This document shows, piece after piece, positions 54,313-64,000 of a stretch of DNA of 64,000 nt (within the stretch, counting starts at the first letter, position 1; each line of letters begins with the position of its first letter). The DNA is from Paraspadella gotoi (lineage: Eukaryota; Animalia; Chaetognatha). Made by a program: the position numbers and the translations under genes. A model generated the notes under the pieces. The model worked only from the letters and a program-made list of their open reading frames with translations, was not told where the DNA came from and ran no database searches. The DNA is taken from assembly GCA_051294375.1 (NCBI GenBank), contig CM119263.1:20054115-20118114 (forward strand), in the 5' to 3' direction.

Positions 54313-57300
54313 TCAGCATTTTTTGACGAGCGACTTAAGCTTGACGATCTGTTTGAGATCCAAAAAGGGATGACTCTTGAAGATCGCGTCCAGCCTCTTC
54401 AAATCCTCGGCGATGATACCAGAGTTTGCCCAGCGGCGCCAACCTTTCTCCGAGGGCGACGCCGGGTTGGCGCTCTTAGGTGCGGCGTTTTTGGCGGAGT
54501 CGGAGACGACGATCGTCGGCGTGGAGTCGGGATAGAAGAGTCGTAGATATTCAGACGCCGAATATACGTCAAGAGAATTTTTCTTTCCTTTAATTGAATC
54601 AATTAAAACAATTTGTTGAAAGCCAATCAAGTATTTTAATAATTAATTAATCAATTTTCTAAACGAAAAATAAATGAGTAAAAAACCGATAAGGAAATAA
54701 ACAAATAGATAAATAAACTAATTAATCAGTACCGGGCTTCACTTGGACAAAGGCGTATCTCGGCGGGATCGAGGCAACTCCGGTTTGAACGAGGCCGAAA
54801 AAAGGTTCGGGGTCGATGAGGGCGTCGATCATGGAGGGCAGAGATCGAGTCGCCGCCAGCATCTCGTCCCTGGGGTTGAGATGAAGAGCAGTTGAAGCGA
54901 GAGGGATGGTGAAAGACGGGCGAAAAGTATAGTGGTAAGAATTAAGGAAACTGTTGCCCATGAAAATGGGCAAAAGAAATGAGGCTCGGGCTTGAGTTCC
55001 CTCATTAAGCAATTTTAAATAATTGAAATCATTCTAATATTACATTTGCTTTAACTCTATTTATTTTCACTTCTTCTCCATTCTTTTCATCTCCTCCAAC
55101 CTGTTGGTGACGTCCACGACAAGTGACAGCTTTCCGGCGGGCGTCATCGCGCCGCCTCCGTGCAGAAAAAACGGCGTCACGTTCTGGACGACATAGTGGG
55201 CCCAGTAACGCCGCGGGTCGGGTACGATGCTCTCCTGCACGATATCCACGCCCTCGTGAAAGTAAGGAACTTCCGGGTCACAGCAAAGCAGACGCCGGAT
55301 GTAACGCTCGAAGCTTTCGTAGTCGCCCAAGGGTTCCTCGAATCGGTCGCAGAAGCGGATGAGTCGGTCAGCGAAGTGAACGGCTGAGGAAAGAGGGAAG
55401 AGGAAAGGGATGAGGAGAAAACAAGGATAATATATTAGAAGGCAAGGATAAAGAAGTAAAGGTAATTTCCGGGCCTGATTTCTATTCCTCTTTGGACCTC
55501 ACCCGATCGTCCAAAGAGCCAACGATGCCTCAACTTTCCCAAGACAATCTTGTTGCGCCGAGGATCTTTGTAGAAAACGTAGATATCCATCGGAATTCCT
55601 AAAAGCGAAGATCGAAAGTTTTTAAATCAAAAAAGTTAAAATCAAGTCGTGACCGACCCACGACATTCTGCCCGTAGTCCATGAAGGCGAGACTTTTGTA
55701 GCCTAGATCCACTCCTCGAATGTTGCGGCAGCCGTTGGCCAACAGCATTTTTAAGTTGCAGCATCTATCCACGATGAGGTTGACGACGTCGTCGTTGACG
55801 CAGTCCAGCCACGAGACGTCGACGGCGGTGAGCCACTTGGAGCTCATCCTGAGGACACGCTTCAGACCAGGGAGTCGGACGCCGTGGCAGCGGGAAAGGC
55901 GGATCTGACGGAAGGGTTGAGGGCTTGAAGGTTGGGAGGCGTTATGTTGGGTGACATGACATGACTTCATCAGTTGTGACCCGGTCGCTCATTCATTCAA
56001 GCCATCAGCTCAAGACGTCGATCGATCGTAAGCGTGTGGTTCCAATCCAGGACCCGTTCCATTGCTGACAAAGAAGTTATAACTAGTGATTTGTGATGCC
56101 CATTGGGATGGGGCATCTCACTGTTGGCCTTCGTCTCGCTTTGCCAACGCAGAGGGAAATCGTTATGACTGTGGATGGAACGTAATGCCTAGAAGCCAAT
56201 GGATTGGCTGAACGATGGTGGATGTGAGGCAGTGTGAATATACCGCCACAAACTTTCAATTTCCCGACCCATTCCGCAATGAATCCTCAACCAAACGTCT
56301 CTCACTTCCTTCATGATCGTCTTCAGGTTCAAAAACTGTCGGAGATGATCGTCGCTGAGATGACCGGATCGGGCGAAGGCGGCGAGGACGACTTTGGAGC
56401 ATTCGCGCGGGATGCAGGTCATGTGACCGCGGGAGACGTCGAGGCGTCGGTAGACCCGGACGACGCGATCGAGCGCCAGGCGTTGGAGATCGACGACGGG
56501 CGGTCGGGGGGAGGAGAAGACGTAAGAGGGGGAGTCGAGTTGGCGACGCCACGGTGCCAAACCGCCCGTCGATTCGGGGCCGTAGAGATCGTAAAATTCG
56601 TTGGCGATGGAGGGCCAATGTGAAGCGACGTCGTGAATGCTTGAAATTAAGGGAAGGTTGAAGAGTTGTAAGCAGTGAGATTTGCGACTCAATTACCCCC
56701 ATTTCTTCACCTCAACACCCTCTGCCCAGCGAACCACTCCAACAGTTCGTCGGCATCTTCCTCGTCGTGATGCCCCAACTCCTCGTCCTCCTCCCAGTAG
56801 ACGAAGGCGTACTCCTCGGCCGAGAGTGGAGAGCAGCAAGGAAGATCGGAGAGAAGGGGGTTGCCGACGTCGCATCCGTTGGCGATGTTCATGAAGCAGT
56901 AGCTGGAGTGAGGACACAAATTGTAATATTGGTGGGGGTAGTTGTTGATTATGTATAAAATATGTTACCCGATGTCGTCTTCTTTAGTAAGATCGACGAT
57001 AGAGATCATTTCGTCGTTCATTTGATTCATGACTATTTCGTCGGAACAAACCTTAAAGGATAAGATATCGAATTTAAAATCAACTAATAACAAATTAAAA
57101 ATGTTAGTTATAATTTGTTTCGTGTTGGCCAGAATTATATAGAAAGGTCAAATTTCTACTCGGCTTTGTCCCCAGTAAGTCCGGGCAGAAACCGCGAAGT
57201 TGTACTTACCCGGTATCCTTAAACATCTTCAAACATAATTTTAAACAATCAGAAAAGGCAAATGATCTAAAAAGCCTTTAGATGATCTACTTATTTTTTA

Positions 57301-58776
57301 AAGTCATCGTTAACTGACTCAATTATTAAAATCGCTGACCTGAATATTGAGGGCGTTGTCGAGACCCAACCCGACGTGAGTGGTGATGGGAGATATGTCC
57401 TCCAGCCCCGTCATGTCTTCCCTGAAGAGCAGCGCGTCGTGGACGGAGGTCGCCAGGCGATCTGGGTGAAGCGCTCGGCAGTTGAAGGTGAACAGGCGTA
57501 GCAGGCGACGGACGAATCTGGCGAGAGGGGGAAGTAAAAAAGGCTTTTGGAGGCTATTAAGTAATAGTGAGTGATGATGGGATAAAAAACATTCTCACAA
57601 AAGTAACGCACAATGGTGAAAAAAGGGAAGTTTTGAATGAGGGACAGAAAGAGAGCGTTTAAACAACATGCGGCGGCGAGCGCGTGACAAAAGACTGAGC
57701 GTGAGAATGGGGACTACAAAACAGATCAGTGAAAACGGGTATTGGAGCTCAAGGCAGATTGCGGACGAGAGAAATTCTTCGAGCGGCGCTGATCGGAGGG
57801 GAAAAAAACTGACCATCGAAAGCGGAGAAGCGGAAAATAATTTTTAGTTATTTTTTTAATGGGTTTATCTTTTAACAGAATATGGCGAAGAAAAAAATAA
57901 GTTTGAGAAAAGGAAGAGAAAAGGAAGAGAATCATCAATGGAGTCGGTCAGGCGAATAATTGAAGATAAGAAAACCAACGCAACAGTAAGTAATACGAAA
58001 GCCAAAATGTGAGCGTGAAAGTTTCGGCCAAAAAGAACCATTCTCTTCGATCATTAGATTAGTTAATATTTAATCAAACCCAGAATCGCGACAGCAAACA
58101 TCAACTGGCCTCATGTCGTCTATCTCTAAATAGATATATCGGCTCCCATCGTCTTCCATCGGTTTTTCCGTAAATCGTTTCCCAACAAATAATCCCTTTT
58201 GTTTGGCGTCGCGCGTTTCCTCAGATCAATTCCCTCCCTTTTTTTTTCCAATCGGCCTCCGCGGATCACGAGCGCCGAGCTTTTTCTTTTTTCTTCATTT
58301 TATTTCATGACTTCGCGTCGACTGCATTTTATTACTTTTTTATGTTTCTTTCTTTATTTTAGAGCTCGGGTTAGAACGTAGCATTAATTTTTCAGTATCA
58401 AGTCAAAGTTTTGGATTATACAAAATACATATAATATACATATACGTTCAATTCTAGTTACATTTATGCTACTTCAATGTTTTAGTTTCGAGTTTAAGCT
58501 TTGGCTAATTAGTAATTACATATTAACTAATTTTACATTATTGTTTTGCACATAAAAGAAGTTTCCCAACGAATAATGTTTGCCCAAATAATTTTTCAGA
58601 AGTAATTTGTCCCATCGTCCCTCAGTCCGTTCCCATTACTTGATTGCTTTTATGCCGAAAAGTCGGTAGTGATTGACGGCGGCAACGAGTTTCTGTCGGC
58701 CGCGTATAGGGTTGTCGGCTTCGTAAACGACGTACAACTGGTGGCGTCGATACCCGCACAGTCCGCACGACGACAT
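54313..58776 (-). CDS. Uncharacterised ~653-aa protein: duplicated unknown domain flanking a BC-box/cullin-box-like motif and LRRs
   Basis: Ten phase-compatible GT-AG exons: 58640-58776 (ATG, in-frame stop upstream), 57340-57517, 56969-57051, 56711-56902, 56306-56639, 55658-55904, 55503-55598, 55101-55383, 54733-54869, 54313-54587 (TGA); 1962 nt, open throughout. VVDLQRLALDRV..IPRECSKVVL resembles a VHL-box; LTAVDVSWLDCVNDDVVNLIVDRCCNLKMLLANGC is a cysteine-containing LRR. Confidence 0.85.
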
Positions 58777-61417
58777 CGTGAATATGGGGTTCGCGGTCCT
58801 TTATGGGTCAACTGGAAAGGAGAGAGGTTTCGGTTATCGAAATCGGCGAAAGAATTAAGTATGAAGGTTGAATGCGATTGAAAATGTTATGAATATTCCT
58901 TCTCCAACATGTAATTTAATTTTATTAGCTGTCATTCGAATTACATTCATTACGTTTCCGATAATGTAATTATAATTCTTGTTTAAAATCATTTCCGGAG
59001 TTCATTAAAAATATCATTAAAATTGAAATCGAGTAAATAGAAGATAATCTAATTTTAAATTCTTTTTTTTACCTAATGATTACCTTATTGATTAACCGAG
59101 TAAAAAAAAAGCTAGTTTTTTTAGTTTTAAGTTTGTTTATAGTATCACTGATGCGTAAATTCTTCAAAACAAACCTTTGGCTTTGCTCTTTTTTATACTT
59201 CGTCTTTTTTTTTCATGCAAATATTTTTTTTTGCGAAACCCCGAATCCAAAAAATAAAAACGGCGTCAGAAAACCAAGTATTATTTTTAACGAGTTCTCT
59301 CGGCCCGAATCCCAATCTCCCAACGGCTCAGATTTTGCTCGATTCGTATATCGAGCTTCTCTCCATCCATCTAAAATTTCTAAACAAGTTTTGTTTACGT
59401 GTTTATCATCGCGGGGGGATGGGCTCAGCCAACGAAAATCCCGATTCGAAGAAATTATCTGCCATTTTTTGCTTATATTTTTACCCCAAAAAATGGTTTT
59501 ATTTCGTAGAGCCTGTTTCGGTTGACTAATATGTTTAATATGTTCAATAGACGTTTGGTTACGCGTTTCGAAAACGAATTTTGAAAACCTCGAGGATGAA
59601 CGTTGGACGAGGAGACGAAGCGAGAGAAGATGAGGCAAGTGAAATTCGAACAAGATGTAGGGGTGGTGGAGGGCTGGAGGACCTGGAGGTGGTCGTTGGT
59701 TAAACTAAAGGTAGCGTCGAGTCGAGCGAAAAATAATAGTGTTGAATCGGCGACGTCATTGAGAGGTCGTTTAAAATCCCGTGCGAGTTAAAGTACGTAT
59801 AGCCAAAAACAGTAATGATTTCTCACATAGCGAATATGTGATAATAATATGGTTATTTATATGATAACGATCTCAAAATCATGAAAAGGTGATTCGGATG
59901 ATAACGACGAAGATTCAATCGGGAACTTAATTATCGCGTGGATCAGAAATCTCCGCGACGAGGCATCGCGAAATTCGGAGAAAAAATTATGGAAAATGGA
60001 TTCCTTGTGAGAGTAAAAGAAGTGAAAAGGAATGAGAATAGAATAGAAGAGAAAAAAATAAGAAAAGAAAGGAAAGAAAAGAAAAGGAGGAAACAAATTT
60101 TGAATACTAATTCTTTAGGTGGGGGGGAGAAGATTCGTCCTCCACGAGCTAATTTACATAATTAAGGATTTGTGGGGTTCTTTTCTTGCTTCGTCAAGAG
60201 ACGACGACAAAATGGGAGACAGCGGAGACGCTTCTCGGGTAGTCGTTACGTGGACTCGGTGGGACCGTTCACGTGAAACGTTTTTGTCGCTGTTGTTGTT
60301 TTTCAACAGTTAGGATTCGAGGGGAAAATAAGCAAGACGAGACAGAAAAGTGCAAATGAATTCGACCTAGAATCACGTGAAAGGATCTTGACTGAATGAA
60401 AAGTTCACCACGGCCGCGGGAGGCGACGGTCTCGTCGTTTTGATGGGTCTGTCACGACGTGGCCACCACCCTGTGCCACCCATTGACGAAGAGATATCGG
60501 ACAACGGATTGAGTGAAAATCGGAAACCGTTAAGAAGTATGTGAGGGATCGATAAGGGAAGCGACATGGGCCAATTGTTTCCGGGAATCCCCTTTTCTGA
60601 TCGGACTATTAAGAAATTAAACTAAGTGTCCGATAGTGGAGTTTTTGTATTTATTACAGCTTTTATTTATTAATTTATTCTTTTAATAAATTTAAAAACT
60701 TTTACCGAGCAAAAATTCGGGAAATTTTAAATTAAGTTTAATTATCGCTCGAAAGACACTTGGTTTTTAAAATCTCACTAACTTATGAACTTATTAACTT
60801 ATGAAGTTCAATCGCTTATCGTCAGATTGGCCCATGAGCCATTTATATTTTTTTTAAATTTGTTTTCTCCTTCGTTAATTCAAACAAAATATTTCAAACA
60901 GGACTCGACATGGTCAGGCCGTTATTTTACTGTAATTGATCAAAAAATTAAGAATTTTAAAGTTACAAAATTATTTTTTATTTAGTAAAATTAAATATAT
61001 ATTGATCTATTTATTTTTTTCATCTATTTATCTTCTTTTTCCTTCAAAAATATATTTCCTTGTATTGTCTTTAACATATCATTGTAGATGGCATAAACTC
61101 ACGAGACGATTTTGCAAAAAACAAAGGAACAGGGCGTCATGAAATCAAACTCCAGCCTGAAGTCCAGGAGTCCAGGCCCTGCTTTGCTTGTTAACTTTGG
61201 TTGTACCAATTTCATAAAAGCTTTAAAAAAAATGACAGCTGGCTTCTTAAAACATCTCTTTGATGAAAAGTCAGAAACAAATACAATAAATATCAAAGTA
61301 CAAAAATTACATCAGGGTAAATCAACTCCAATATGGATTCGCAACGACACCTAGATCTTCTGAAAAGATTTGGGTACTTCGATCCGCTTCGAACGATTCA
61401 TGGCAAAAAAATATCCA

Positions 61418-64000
61418 CTAAATTAATCTTTGAGGATGAAGCTCGTATTTTGCCGAATGTTTTGCGGGGGCGAATTGGGCGCGCGTCGTTGCGGTTTCGT
61501 CATAAACCGCGTCCGACTTTACTTTCTTCGAGGCGTTGTTGTTGTTGTCGTGGCCTGGGATTTCTTTTGAGGTGTTGCTGCCCGACACCCCGACGGGCGC
61601 GACCCGAGATCCAGCGGAATCGTGCGGCGCAGGTCCGATGTACGAAAGGATGATTGGCAGAAGAATGAGTCCGTGGAACAAACCAAAGACGACTACGCTG
61701 AACAGCACTTTGAAGAAGGTCTGAGAAGATGAAAGGTAGAGATTCTGGAACACAATGGAAAAACAGCAGCAACAAATCGAAGGAATTACGGTGAAGATGA
61801 AGGAGTTGGAACCGGAGAGGAGAACGAAGGCGAGGTAGGTAGAGAAGCCGCCGTTGAAGACTCCAGGTCCCATGATGGAGAGCGTCTTGCGGGCGCGGGC
61901 GTCTCGAGTTCCTTTGGCAGTATTTTCGTTAAAGTTTATTCGTATACTACGTATAAAAATAATAATTCATACGTCTCGTGTCTCACCCTGAACCGTCATG
62001 AAGACGCTGCCGATGTGAGCCGCGTAGTCGACGCAGAGTCCGATGGCGAGCGTCATGCAGGTCCCCGTCACGGCCTCGATGGTCACGTCCCAGTAAAACA
62101 AGACCCCACCTCAAACGGATTATTTTACGTAGTTTATAAATTTGTATTCAATGTGTATTCAATATTTTGGGAATAATCAAATTGATCAAATCAATTTATT
62201 TACTAATCAAATTTGTCGAATCAACAATGAAATAAGCTAATAAATAATTAATAAACTAATCAATCAAACAATCAATCAGCCAATAAATTTAATTTCATCA
62301 ATCAATCTATACGACTCACCCACGTCGACGAGCGTGAAGAGAACGCAGACGACGACGTAGACGCAGGTCAAGGGACTCGCGATGAAGACGAGCGTCGCCA
62401 CGAAGACGCAGGCGAGGGCGATGAGACAGTTTCGGATCAGCTCCTCGCCGATGATCTAAACCAGGAGGATGCATACGTTCGTATCGTTCCAACTTTCAAG
62501 ACCAATTCTCATAAATCTTTATATAAAGTCTCTTTCCCGACCAAATTGAAATCGAAAATATCATTTTGAAACTTACTTCGTTCGCTGTCCAAGGATTGTA
62601 AATGATGGCGTAAGGAAAAGCCTTTTCTAGGGGTTTATTCATGACGAGAGGAACGAGTCTCTTTAACTCGTTCATCCCTCGAATCTCAGAAGACGCTCCG
62701 TCGTAGTCGATGTGCTGAAACTTTACCCGAGATGCCGTCACTGTGCAATTGCTGGATAAAGTCGAGCGAATTTATTATTACGTAAATACCTAAAACCGTG
62801 TGATAAAGATCTAAAAATACGTCCGGCTCCTTCGCCAAACTTACTCATCGGCCAGAATGACGTCGCCCGAATATCTGACTCCGGCGGAGCTCTGCAAAAA
62901 AACGGTGACGTTTTGACAAAGTCCGGATCGCTCGAAGCTTCGTCTCCCGTTCCATTCGTGAAAAGCGGAAAACCAGCTCTCCACGGTACCGTTCTGGAGG
63001 AACGAAACAAAGAACAGTTATGTGTAATTACAATATTTTTCGTTTGACTACTTACTATCTAGAAAAAAAGTATATGACGTAATTCATTTATTCAATAAAA
63101 AGTATATAAAACAAGGGTAAAACATCATGCTAACCTTCTCAATATTTGGTATACCCTTCCTCGGCATCAACTACTGCCTTCCTTTGTCTGGGAATGCTCT
63201 TATACAGAAAATTGAGGTATGACAGTGAAATGTTTTTTGACATCTTTAACGCAATTCTGCGCAGCCCCGATATTAATGTTGCGCATCTTTCCCTCTTTTC
63301 TGAGAGCTATAATAATACTTTTTTGAACCAGAAAGAGGTGCAAGGCCTTTAGCATTGCCAAATTAAAAAAATTATAAAAAAATAACGAACTCTATTTAAA
63401 ATAAAAACAAATAACTAAATACCAAAAATTGTGGAAAATTAAATCCTTTTTTTTTCGCCATTTTTCATTTGAAGTAACAATATTTTTTTGCCTGTAACTT
63501 CTAAACGATTTGACCTACAAAAAAATAGAAGGAAATTCAATATAGATTCCGAAAGGTTCTGATTTTTTTTAAAGTTAAATAAGTTTTCGAGTAGATATCT
63601 TTTATTAAAAATGTCATATACTTTTTTTCCTAGATAGTATATACAACATTTTCGTCGCGGGACCTTAACTTCGCCGCTTCCTTCCAACTGATCGACGAGG
63701 CGTTGGAGTGACTCTTGATCTTTGAAGAGGTCGTCGTGAACGATGTAGACAAATCCGAATTCGCCGGAAGAAGGGAAGAATTTCTTGAGCGACTTCGAGT
63801 ATTGGGACGTTGGGGTGTCGGCTGGAATAGGAAGATTGCGGAAGGTAGAATGTAAAAATGAAGACGGACAATTGACGGCGCACTGTTCATGAATAAACCT
63901 ACTCGCCAAATAAACCATAGGATCGAAATCTTGTTCGATTGATAGAACTCCGTAAAGTCCCCCGGCGAAGAGGCCCAAAGTAATTAGAATGAGAACCGGT
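61418..64000 (-). CDS. Patched-domain-containing (PTCHD/NPC1-like, RND superfamily) membrane protein, C-terminal half
   Basis: Phase-compatible exons >64000-63903, 63664-63821, 62845-62993, 62577-62751, 62320-62455, 61987-62109, 61790-61911, 61418-61720. Motifs: LAIGLCVDYAAHI (GxxxD), GPGVFNGGFSTYLAFVLL, FFKVLFSVVVFGLFHGLILLPIILSYIGP. Confidence 0.93.
63139..63350 (-). pseudogene. Tc1-family transposase C-terminal relic in a PTCHD intron
   Basis: Minus strand reads ..ISLSYLNFLYKSIPRQRKAVVDAEEGYTKY*, matching the Tc1 terminus pattern L..SMP.R..AVI.A.GG.TKY*; upstream part has a stop. Confidence 0.7.

Noticed and set aside
55503-55598. Suspected frameshift in an LRR-gene exon
   Set aside because: Splice phases match without correction and the frame aligns with the N-terminal repeat.
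58080-58159. Alternative first exon MEDDGSRYIYLEIDD.. for the LRR gene
   Set aside because: Phase-compatible, but the 58640-58776 exon completes the duplicated domain and is better supported; this one has no independent support.
59076-59653. ORFs of 104-149 aa between the LRR gene and the Patched-domain gene
   Set aside because: No recognisable motifs or consistent exon chain.

Overview
Eukaryotic, invertebrate-animal-like scaffold with GT-AG introns, very abundant (AG)n microsatellites and three N-gaps. Three intron-containing genes lie on the minus strand. (1) A non-NMDA, kainate-like ionotropic glutamate receptor: 15 exons from 29410 down to 166, running off the window after M2, with an apparent 1-nt frameshift in exon 8. 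(2) A complete 10-exon, ~653-aa gene (58776-54313) with two copies of an uncharacterised domain flanking a BC-box/cullin-box-like motif and leucine-rich repeats. (3) The 3' half of a Patched-domain (RND) membrane protein (>64000-61418). Introns and the long upstream region carry nested mobile DNA: a fragmented LINE, TA- and TTAA-targeting MITEs, Helentron-like repeats and a Tc1 relic. The most notable signals are a minimal hammerhead ribozyme plus a decayed second one next to a 117-bp inverted repeat inside a TIR element (33-35 kb), TGT-ended 4-bp-TSD elements carrying tRNA-like promoters, the duplicated-domain LRR gene, a CAGATG E-box cluster and a possible nested antisense ORF in the receptor introns. 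All exon models and structures were derived by eye; no database searches were run.
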